Source: an uncultured bacterium
Lineage (GTDB): Bacteria > Omnitrophota > Gorgyraeia > Duberdicusellales > CBEUCJ01
DNA: 64,000 nucleotides
Assembly (NCBI GenBank): GCA_965541615.1
Contig: CBEUCJ010000003.1
Span: 32,186-96,185 of the forward strand
Direction: 5' to 3'
Shown in pieces: positions 56,750 through 64,000 of the stretch. Numbering within the stretch: position 1 is the stretch's first letter; each line of letters opens with the position of its first letter. The notes beneath the pieces are model-generated. The model saw only the letters and a program-made list of their open reading frames with translations, ran no database searches and was not told the origin of the DNA. The position numbers and the translations under genes were made by a program.

Positions 56750-57230
56750 ACAAATTTCTTGGACAAACTACTGTAAAAAAGTTTATTCGTTGGCCTGCTC
56801 TTTCCAAAGTTAAATTTACTCTTATCTTTCTAATTTGTCTCCTCTTAGCAGAATTAAGAGGTAAAGGACCTAAAACCTGATTTCTTTCATCAAAATATGT
56901 AAATTCCAAAGTCTCAACATCTTCACATAAAGGATAACCATTTCTATTAATAACATCTCCTACTAAAGCAAATTCTATTGTATTATCATCAGAATCTGTG
57001 AAAGTTAATTGATCTGAATCTGCTACAGATATACTAAATTCATCTTTAATTTTTTTAATGTCTGATGCCATCCAATCCAAAGTTTTTTTAGCTTGATATG
57101 CTATATCATTACGAATATCTATAAATCTATATGTATCTAAAAGCTGATTCATAAAACTACTCAATCCAATAATAGTTATTCCTACTAATACGATAACTGT
57201 GATTATCTCTATTAAAGTAAAACCTTTCAT
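56742..57230 (-). CDS. Type IV prepilin-like protein
   Basis: MKGFTLIEIITVIVLVGITIIGLS. Confidence 0.65.
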   Translation of the reverse strand: MKGFTLIEIITVIVLVGITIIGLSSFMNQLLDTYRFIDIRNDIAYQAKKTLDWMASDIKKIKDEFSISVADSDQLTFTDSDDNTIEFALVGDVINRNGYPLCEDVETLEFTYFDERNQVLGPLPLNSAKRRQIRKIRVNLTLERAGQRINFFTVVCPRNLYE

Positions 57231-57739
57231 TTAGGAGTATGTCCTTTAGAAACTACACAAGAAAAGTATATTTCTCCAATTACTCTATGAGAAACAGTTA
57301 TATCTACTCTCTTATAATCTAAAGTGTTCTGTGTATCAGATTTGTAGCAATCTAAAGAATTTAATTGAGGACCATTTAAACAACCTGATGGTGATGAATC
57401 AGGATCTATGTAATGGACCTGAACACTCCTTTGATAACCTTTTATAGTATCTGTATAACCATCAAAATCATCTATATCATCATAATCTGAAACAGAGCTC
57501 TCACCTGGATCTGGCCCTAACACATCACTCCAAGGAGGCGTCTTTCTTTCATCAAATCTTTTACATAAAATCTCTTCCATCAAATCTCTTCCTACTACGA
57601 TTGCCTGATAATAACTCTCACCTTCAATTGCTTTATGAGTAACATCTGAGATCATTATTATAAGAGGTGGAACTCCTATAGCAAAAGTAACTATCACAGC
57701 TATTACTTCTATTAAGGTAAGTCCTTTTTTGAATCTCAT
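57227..57739 (-). CDS. Type IV prepilin-like protein
   Basis: KKGLTLIEVIAVIVTFAIGV. Confidence 0.6.
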   Translation of the reverse strand: MRFKKGLTLIEVIAVIVTFAIGVPPLIIMISDVTHKAIEGESYYQAIVVGRDLMEEILCKRFDERKTPPWSDVLGPDPGESSVSDYDDIDDFDGYTDTIKGYQRSVQVHYIDPDSSPSGCLNGPQLNSLDCYKSDTQNTLDYKRVDITVSHRVIGEIYFSCVVSKGHTPK

Positions 57740-58239
57740 TCTACATTTATTTTACCAGTGTAAGGAGTAATTTTTATTGTAACCTGATTTCCTTGATACT
57801 CTAAAGTTATATTCCCTTCATTAGTTAAATTTTGACCTGTAGCTGTTTGAGGAGTACCTTTCCAGTTAAATCTTAAAATCTGAGTACCACCTATATCTAC
57901 ATTTTGAATCTCTATCCCTCTGTATTGATTATGGGTATCAAAATCTATTTCTAAAGGAAGTTTGGTAAAAGGGTCTAAAAGACTACTATTATCTGAAACT
58001 CTATATACTCTGTAAGTATTTTGAGTAGTATTAAACTCAATAGCGTAATCTGTTTTGGTGGTAATAGCTACTGTTTGAGTGTATCTTATATCTGAAATTA
58101 ATTTTTTTGCTGCAGATTGCAATTTCATATCATAGAATACATTGAACTTTGGTATAGATAAAAGAGCTAAAATCCCTATTATAGAGATTGTCATTATGAA
58201 TTCTATTAAAGTATAACTTTTAATTGTTATTCTCACCAC
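57736..58239 (-). CDS. Prepilin-like protein (FimT/GspH-like position)
   Basis: IKSYTLIEFIMTISIIGILALLSIP. Confidence 0.5.
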   Translation of the reverse strand: MVRITIKSYTLIEFIMTISIIGILALLSIPKFNVFYDMKLQSAAKKLISDIRYTQTVAITTKTDYAIEFNTTQNTYRVYRVSDNSSLLDPFTKLPLEIDFDTHNQYRGIEIQNVDIGGTQILRFNWKGTPQTATGQNLTNEGNITLEYQGNQVTIKITPYTGKINVE

Positions 58240-58250
58240 TTAAAAATTTA

Positions 58251-58664
58251 TCAGAAAATTTTTAAAAAATCTATGTCTTTTAAATACTTTAAAATCTCTT
58301 TTTTATCTACTTTAAAAAAATGTGTCTTACATTTGCAATCTGAAGAACCAAATTTTTCTTTTACTACCTTTAATCTTAAATCTTTTAGAAATTTTCTAGA
58401 GATCTCACATTCAGTATTTTTGCTTACCCAAACGTTCTCTATCTCAAATTCTTTTAAAGAAGTTATAAAATCTATATGCCAAAATTTTCTTTTATTTTTT
58501 AAAAAATGCCTTTGTACTCTCTTAAATAATTTATTTAAAGGTGCAGAACCTACATACACATAGTATCCTTTTTTAAAATTTATTTTACCTAATTTTCCCA
58601 CACTGAGTTTTATATCTCTTTTGCATCTTATTAATAGTAAATAAGAATTCTTTTTATCTTTCAT
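58251..58664 (-). CDS. GIY-YIG-like nuclease superfamily protein (DUF123-like)
   Basis: YLLLIR...GYYVYVGSA...RVQRH matches the DUF123/GIY-YIG pattern as I recall it. Confidence 0.45.
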   Translation of the reverse strand: MKDKKNSYLLLIRCKRDIKLSVGKLGKINFKKGYYVYVGSAPLNKLFKRVQRHFLKNKRKFWHIDFITSLKEFEIENVWVSKNTECEISRKFLKDLRLKVVKEKFGSSDCKCKTHFFKVDKKEILKYLKDIDFLKIF

Positions 58665-58671
58665 TTCAATC

Positions 58672-58743
58672 TGGAGCTGGGGGGACTTGAACCCCCGACC
58701 TCTTCTTTGCGAAAGAAGCGCTCTCCCCCTGAGCTACAGCCCC
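58672..58743 (-). tRNA. tRNA-Ala (anticodon CGC)
   Basis: Revcomp: GGGGCTGTAGCTCAGGGGGAGAGCGCTTCTTTCGCAAAGAAGAGGTCGGGGGTTCAAGTCCCCCCAGCTCCA. Cloverleaf with 7-bp acceptor including the G3:U70 Ala identity pair, anticodon loop TTCGCAA, TTCAAGT T-loop, discriminator A. CCA is not encoded. Confidence 0.85.
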
Positions 58744-58750
58744 TTCTAAT

Positions 58751-59971
58751 TTAAAGATAAATAGTATCTGAAGAGTTAAACAAAGATAAAAATAAGAGCA
58801 TGTAGTCTTGTATGTGTCTTGTTATAAGAAAATTATTTTTTACATGTCTTTTCCCATTTTTACCTAACCTCTTTGCATATTCAGGTTCATGGATTAATTG
58901 TTTTATCCAGTAAGCAGTCCCTTCTATAGTGTAAGTTAGTATTCCTGAGTATTTGTGAGCGATCTGTAAAGGAATACCTCCTACAGCTGAAGCTATTACG
59001 GGTTTTTCTTTCCATAAAGCTTCTGTAACTGTCAAACCAAAGCCTTCCTTTAAAGATTTCTGCAAAATTATAGTTGAGGCTCTTTGTAAAGCATTTATCT
59101 CTAAATGACTGTTAGGAGGTAAAAATAATACAAAAATATCTTTATCAGAAGCTGCTTCTGACATTACATCCTCTAAAACTTTCTTTCCTTCTGGATCGTC
59201 AGCTGCTCCTCCACCAGCTAAAACTAATTGACAATCTATATATTTTTTAACTAATCTATAAGCTTTTATTACTCCTATTGGGTCTTTTAAATAATCGAAC
59301 CTTGAAATCTGAGTGATTATTGGTTTTTCTTTATCTATACCAAATCTTCTTAAAACAGAGTCTATAAAATCTGGACTTAACTCTTTATTCTTATCACTGA
59401 GAGGATCTATTGAAGGAGAAATTAATACTTGTCTGATAGAAAGCTTTCTTGCAAAGCGTGGAGCTGAAAACACAGATGCATCATATTTTTCTATAAAATT
59501 TTTTAAAAATAACCATATATCTTTTTTAGGAGTAGAAAAATCTACATGGCACCTCCATATCCATTTATTTTTAAACTTCCTTTTCTTTCTCACCAAAGCT
59601 ATGGGTTGAGGATCATGGATAAAAACGATATCCTGAGTTTTGCTAAGGAGCTTTTCATTCTTTTCATTTATCTCTATAAAGTATTCTAATTCTTCTTTGG
59701 TCAAAACTACATCTACTCCATGTAGACCATTATGGATTTTTTTAGTAATCTCAAAGAACTTTTTATCACCCCAAATTACATCCCATCTTACTTTTAAACC
59801 CAAATCTTGCATTAAGGGGACTATAGCTGAAAGCATTTCAGCTACTCCCCCACCATAACTCGTAGAGTTAATGTTTTGGATGCTAACATGTTTTAATTTC
59901 TCAGCTAACATATATAATTCATCTATAACTTCATCTCCTACTATTTTACGATACTCATCTATTTTTCTCAT
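58751..59971 (-). CDS. treT: GT4 trehalose glycosyltransferring synthase-like protein
   Basis: NSTSYGGGVAEMLSAIVPLMQDLGLKVRWDVI parallels the archaeal/Thermotogae TreT N-terminus (NSTSFGGGVAEIL...). 406 aa. Confidence 0.6.
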   Translation of the reverse strand: MRKIDEYRKIVGDEVIDELYMLAEKLKHVSIQNINSTSYGGGVAEMLSAIVPLMQDLGLKVRWDVIWGDKKFFEITKKIHNGLHGVDVVLTKEELEYFIEINEKNEKLLSKTQDIVFIHDPQPIALVRKKRKFKNKWIWRCHVDFSTPKKDIWLFLKNFIEKYDASVFSAPRFARKLSIRQVLISPSIDPLSDKNKELSPDFIDSVLRRFGIDKEKPIITQISRFDYLKDPIGVIKAYRLVKKYIDCQLVLAGGGAADDPEGKKVLEDVMSEAASDKDIFVLFLPPNSHLEINALQRASTIILQKSLKEGFGLTVTEALWKEKPVIASAVGGIPLQIAHKYSGILTYTIEGTAYWIKQLIHEPEYAKRLGKNGKRHVKNNFLITRHIQDYMLLFLSLFNSSDTIYL

Positions 59972-60612
59972 TTTCTATTAATCTCCTCTTCTATTAGACT
60001 GATTATCTTTTTCCTTAAACCTTCTAAAGTGTATGTATAAGGGTCTAATCTAGAGATTTTATTTGCCAACTCAGCATAACCTGAATCTCTTAACCAACAA
60101 GAAAAATCATTATCTGGTTTTTTTAATCTTAATCTAGCTTCAAACATATGAAAATAAACTGAATGTATGGTCACTTTTTTTAAACACTCACAGAACTCTT
60201 TTAAATTTTTGGCTACAAAAGGAGTTGGAAGTATGAATATTCTAGAAGATAGAAATCTGAATTCTTCTCCTGGAATACAGTTTCTTAAAACAGTTGCAGA
60301 ACTAACATACTCTTCTAAAATTTCAATAAATCTTTTTCTCAAATCTTCTATATCATGAAATTGAATAATATCTACACTAGCTATTCTTTCTCCTAAAGCT
60401 TTTAATCCTAAGTTATTTGTGATCCAATATGAAAAATCATTTGGGTATTCTGGAGAAAAGTACCTATGTTGCTCTAGATACCTGTGAGTATGATGATAGA
60501 TGCTTGAAGAAGGAATTTTTTTTATTCCTTCTAATAACTCTTTAACGTTCTTGGCGCTGATACCTAAAAGTTCTACTTGAGTTATTCTGGTATAAAAATA
60601 AAATGGTTCCAT
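59968..60612 (-). CDS. Hypothetical protein made of two ~105-aa internal repeats
   Basis: NDFSYWITNNLGLKALGERIASVD...EDLRKRFIEILEE versus NDFSCWLRDSGYAELANKISRLD...EGLRKKIISLIEE. Confidence 0.4.
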   Translation of the reverse strand: MEPFYFYTRITQVELLGISAKNVKELLEGIKKIPSSSIYHHTHRYLEQHRYFSPEYPNDFSYWITNNLGLKALGERIASVDIIQFHDIEDLRKRFIEILEEYVSSATVLRNCIPGEEFRFLSSRIFILPTPFVAKNLKEFCECLKKVTIHSVYFHMFEARLRLKKPDNDFSCWLRDSGYAELANKISRLDPYTYTLEGLRKKIISLIEEEINRK

Positions 60613-60618
60613 CTTTCT

Positions 60619-61404
60619 CTAAGACTTTAATTCTAATAAAAATGATAAAAATTTTTTCAACTCTGTAGGACTTTTTAAAAAGTAATCTGCACTAGAATCT
60701 TTCTTTTTTCTACCTATCCTGATTCCTATATCTCTTTTTTTTAATTTAGAAAAAACTTCTTCATCTGTCAAATCATCTCCTGCATAGATAGTTATATCTT
60801 TTTTATTTTTTTTAAAAAGACCTTCAAAAAATCTCAAAGCCAGAAACTTATTGAAAACTACATCTGGTCTAATCTCAATCACTTTCTTTCCTCTACCTAA
60901 TTTTAAATGTACATTTTTATTAACGTATTCAGAAAGGATTTGTTTAACTATCCTTTTTAAATAAGAAACTTTATTTTGTGCAACATTTCTATAGTGAATA
61001 GCTAAAATTACTCTTTTATTTTCTAAAATTACTCCTTTAATATTTTTTAATTTTTTTTCTATTCTTTTTTCTATATCTTTCAATATTTTTTGATAAAATT
61101 TGAAAGATAACCCTTTTAAAAGAGAGAGCTTTTTCTTATCATAGATTTCTAAACCATGATTTCCTGCGTATAAAATATTATCAAGTCCTACTCTTTTTTT
61201 TAAATCTTTAATAGTCCTTCCACTGATTATTCCTAAAATAAAATTTTTATTTTTTGAAATTTTTTTTAAGAGTTTTTTTGTAGAATTATCTAAATAAACT
61301 TTATAAGGAGTTTTAATAATAGGAGTTAACGTTCCATCAAAATCTAAGAATAAAAAAATTCTATTTGCTTTTTTTAGTTTACTTTTAAGCGTCTCAAAAT
61401 TCAC
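60619..61404 (-). CDS. otsB: Trehalose-6-phosphate phosphatase (HAD family)
   Basis: FLFLDFDGTLTPI. YAGDDLTDEEVF. Confidence 0.75.
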   Translation of the reverse strand: MNFETLKSKLKKANRIFLFLDFDGTLTPIIKTPYKVYLDNSTKKLLKKISKNKNFILGIISGRTIKDLKKRVGLDNILYAGNHGLEIYDKKKLSLLKGLSFKFYQKILKDIEKRIEKKLKNIKGVILENKRVILAIHYRNVAQNKVSYLKRIVKQILSEYVNKNVHLKLGRGKKVIEIRPDVVFNKFLALRFFEGLFKKNKKDITIYAGDDLTDEEVFSKLKKRDIGIRIGRKKKDSSADYFLKSPTELKKFLSFLLELKS

Positions 61405-61411
61405 TTATTTT

Positions 61412-62881
61412 TTAGATTTTAGGAATATCCGTAATTATCTTTCCTATCCATTTCCAAATATTATTCCTGTGGACTACCTGTCTTAACTTACGCATCTTTT
61501 CTTTTATCTGCTCTTCTTGCATAAATAAGGCTTTATAAATACTTTGAGCTGTCTCTTCTTCAGAATAAGGGTTTATAAGCAAAGCATCTTTTAATTCTCT
61601 TGAAGCACCTGTAAACTTACTTAAGATCAAAACTCCTAAGTTATCGAATCTTGCAGAAACAAATTCTTTTGCTACCAGATTCATACCATCGTGAAGAGAA
61701 GTAACCAAACAAACATCAGCTAACCTATAAAAGGCTAATAACTCTTTAAAAGAGAGGTGTCTCCTCACAAAAATTATAGGTCTCCATGAACCTTGAGAAT
61801 GTTTGAAATTTACTTCTTCTACTAAAAGATTTATCTCATCATTTAACCTTTTATATTGAGGAATATGTATCCTTGAAATTTCACCCATCTGAACAAAGAC
61901 TACTTTTTCTTTAAGCTCTGGATGCAAATCTAAAAGTCTATCTATAGCTGAAATCCTTTCTAATATTCCTTTTGTATAGTCTATCCTATCTAAACCTATT
62001 ATTACCTTATAATTTGAAAGATTATACTCAGATTTTAGACTTTGTATCTTCTCACAAATCTCAGGGCTCTTTGCTTGCTTTTCTATACCCTCAAAATCTA
62101 CGCTTATAGGATAAGCTCTTACAAAAGTTGTATGATCTTTAAAAGTCACTGAAAAATTCTCCTTATTTATTTTGGCTTCCAATTCATTGGCCACAGCTTC
62201 TAAAAAATTATTACAAAAATATCTTATCTGAAAACCTAACAGATCGTAAGAAAGTAGAGCTTCTAAAATCTGCTGCTTTTGAGGCAGGATCCTAAAGATA
62301 TCATAAGTAGGCCAAGGTATATGCCAAAATAAGAGAGTAATAGCTTGTGGATATAATTCTTTTAAATATTTACTCACCAAAATCAAATGATAATCTTGCA
62401 CAAATACCACAGCTTTTTTTCCTTTTATCTCTTCAAAAATAGCTTGAGCAAATTTTCTATTCACATCTTTATAGACTCTCCAATACTCTTCCTTAAAAAC
62501 AGGTCTCACAAAAGCTAAATGAAACAACGGCCATAAACTTTGATTAGAAAATCCAAAATAATATCCTAAATTCTCTTCTTTGGTAAGCCAGACATACTTT
62601 AAAGTATAAGTAGGGTTTTCTGGAGGGACCTTTACTTTAGAATCTTTGGCAACTATTCTATCAGCATCTCCTACTCCACATGAAATCCATAAACCACCTA
62701 ACTCTTGCATAACAGGATCTAAAGCTGATACTACACCTCCTGGTCCTCTTACACACTCAATCTTTCCTTTTATTAACTTATGGATATAAGGTTGGCGATT
62801 AGAGACTACTACGAATTGACAGTTTGATAGTTTTTCCTTTACTATCTCTAAAACTGTCTTTTTGCTCCAAACTTTAAACAC
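61412..62881 (-). CDS. otsA: Alpha,alpha-trehalose-phosphate synthase (GT20)
   Basis: VVVSNRQPY. SLWPLFH. VQDYHL. Confidence 0.85.
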   Translation of the reverse strand: MFKVWSKKTVLEIVKEKLSNCQFVVVSNRQPYIHKLIKGKIECVRGPGGVVSALDPVMQELGGLWISCGVGDADRIVAKDSKVKVPPENPTYTLKYVWLTKEENLGYYFGFSNQSLWPLFHLAFVRPVFKEEYWRVYKDVNRKFAQAIFEEIKGKKAVVFVQDYHLILVSKYLKELYPQAITLLFWHIPWPTYDIFRILPQKQQILEALLSYDLLGFQIRYFCNNFLEAVANELEAKINKENFSVTFKDHTTFVRAYPISVDFEGIEKQAKSPEICEKIQSLKSEYNLSNYKVIIGLDRIDYTKGILERISAIDRLLDLHPELKEKVVFVQMGEISRIHIPQYKRLNDEINLLVEEVNFKHSQGSWRPIIFVRRHLSFKELLAFYRLADVCLVTSLHDGMNLVAKEFVSARFDNLGVLILSKFTGASRELKDALLINPYSEEETAQSIYKALFMQEEQIKEKMRKLRQVVHRNNIWKWIGKIITDIPKI

Positions 62882-62887
62882 AATTTT

Positions 62888-64000
62888 TTAAAGAAATTTA
62901 AAGTACACAGAGAGTGTATCTTTTGTTAATCTCTCTTTTGTGTATTGAGATTCAACTATTTGCCTACCTGTGTAACCTAATCTTTCTCTCAAAACATTAT
63001 CCTCTAAAAGAAGATTGATCTTTTCTGCCAAAGCTTCAAAATCTCTCGCAGGAATAACGAATCCATTGATCCCATCTTTTATCACCTCTGGCATACCTCC
63101 TACATTGGTAACTATCACAGGTTTTTTCATAGCCATCGATTCTAACATAACTAAACCAAATGGTTCACTTAAAGTAGAAGGATAAATGCAGACTTTAGCT
63201 ACTTCATAAAGTTGTCTTACCTCTTCTATGGTATAAACATCTATTAAAATATTTTTTTCTAATTTGAAATGCTTTACTAAATTTACTAAGTAAGCAATAT
63301 CTTTTTGTTGGGTTTCTCCCCAATCTATTATATTTTTAGAACCTGCCAGAACCAACAACACATCTGGATACTTTTTTCTCACCAAATTTATTGCTTTAAT
63401 ACTTACATCGCATCCTTTAGCCAAACCAATCCTTGCTGGATGAAAAACTACTGGTCTATTTTTGAGCTGAGGATATTTTTTAAATATGTGAGTAGTATCT
63501 ACTCCGGGTTTAAATTGCTCTTGATCTACTCCGTGATGGATTACAGTGATTCTTTTATCATCTATTCCTGCTCCTATTAACTCCTTTTTTATAAAATGAC
63601 TAACAGCTATTATATGAGTCCATTTTATTTTATGGGTAAGTTCTAAAAACAAAAGATCATCCCATACATTATGTGCAGTAAGAATTAAAGGAACCCCTCT
63701 TTTTTTAGCTAAATTCTCTATAGCTTTTGCATGGATTTCACTGAAATAATGCATATTATGGACATGGAGTATATGAGGTTGGGTCTTCTTTATAAATTCA
63801 GAAAAAATTTTCAATACTTCATCCTCTAAACCTTCTAATCCTCTCCTGTAAAGCCAATTCAAATCCATCAAAGGTGTTCTATAAATTTGGACTCCTTTGT
63901 AGTTGTATCTATCCTCTACTCCTTCTGCAGAACATGTCAATAAACTCACTCTATGCCCAAATTTTACAAGTTGAGGTAAAAGTATGGTTAAATGGGTCTC
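62888..64000 (-). CDS. GT4 glycosyltransferase, N-terminus beyond window end
   Basis: EPFGLVMLESMA (EX7E). The tool start at 63949 is GTG. The frame stays open through 64000 (...ETHLTILLPQLVKFGHRVSLLT), which looks like a GT4 N-terminus, so the true start lies outside the window. Confidence 0.7.
   Translation of the reverse strand, partial: ETHLTILLPQLVKFGHRVSLLTCSAEGVEDRYNYKGVQIYRTPLMDLNWLYRRGLEGLEDEVLKIFSEFIKKTQPHILHVHNMHYFSEIHAKAIENLAKKRGVPLILTAHNVWDDLLFLELTHKIKWTHIIAVSHFIKKELIGAGIDDKRITVIHHGVDQEQFKPGVDTTHIFKKYPQLKNRPVVFHPARIGLAKGCDVSIKAINLVRKKYPDVLLVLAGSKNIIDWGETQQKDIAYLVNLVKHFKLEKNILIDVYTIEEVRQLYEVAKVCIYPSTLSEPFGLVMLESMAMKKPVIVTNVGGMPEVIKDGINGFVIPARDFEALAEKINLLLEDNVLRERLGYTGRQIVESQYTKERLTKDTLSVYFKFL

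Noticed and set aside
58273-58563. 96-aa plus-strand ORF antisense to the DUF123 gene
   Set aside because: Minus-strand frame carries the GIY-YIG-like motif; plus-strand frame has none.
59313-59858. Two plus-strand ORFs (98 aa, 72 aa) inside the treT-like gene
   Set aside because: Antisense to a CDS with clear TreT-like N-terminal motif.
63305-63580. 91-aa plus-strand ORF inside the terminal GT4 gene
   Set aside because: Antisense to the EX7E-containing GT4 frame.
1-64000. CRISPR array / cas operon (because of the Cas4-like gene)
   Set aside because: No regularly spaced direct repeats were seen by eye anywhere in the window, and no other cas-like proteins are in the ORF track.

Overview
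This is a strongly AT-rich bacterial chromosomal segment. Every gene but one lies on the minus strand, and the genes are tightly packed with frequent 4-nt stop/start overlaps, which suggests long operons. The gene content indicates a diderm organism: two secretins, an outer-membrane beta-barrel, ExbB/ExbD and an LPS-type GT9 glycosyltransferase. I did not attempt a taxonomic assignment.

Main blocks, left to right:
(i) The 5' end of a GH57 glycoside hydrolase gene, a porin-like outer-membrane protein, a Cas4-like nuclease and a tyrosine phosphatase.
(ii) A first MSHA/type-IV-pilus-like cluster (4238-14250). It holds eight tandem prepilin-like genes, a GspF/PilC platform protein, a GspE/MshE ATPase with a textbook tandem MshEN c-di-GMP motif, a secretin, PilP- and PilO-like genes and a PilM-PilN fusion.
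(iii) Small membrane proteins, ExbB/ExbD, an 804-aa TPR protein and UvrA.
(iv) An envelope glycosylation cluster (ArnT-like GT, GT9, radical SAM, ArnC-like GT2).
(v) A biosynthetic run: nadX, panC, folK, dapL-like, dapB, dapA, dapF, lysA, argH, argG, argF, argD, argB, argJ, argC.
(vi) A c-di-GMP effector / two-component module (41378-44364). It contains a histidine kinase, two paralogous 66/67-aa membrane proteins flanking a PilZ protein, a receiver protein and an unusual MshEN+PilZ fusion.
(vii) A second, more complete MSHA-like cluster (44354-58239). It holds a platform protein, an ExeA/MshM-like ATPase, an MshE-like ATPase, a TPR protein, a large coiled-coil protein, a secretin, PilP- and PilO-like genes, a PilM-PilN fusion, a PilZ protein and four prepilins, one of them cysteine-rich.
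(viii) A DUF123/GIY-YIG gene, tRNA-Ala(CGC), and trehalose genes (treT-like, otsB, otsA, plus a GT4 truncated at the window end).

The most novel-looking feature is the cluster of c-di-GMP receptor domains packed between and inside the two pilus systems: three PilZ, one or two MshEN, and an MshEN-PilZ fusion. No GGDEF, EAL or HD-GYP enzyme is present in the window. The duplicated tiny membrane proteins are also of interest.

All calls rest on motif recognition by eye; no searches were run.
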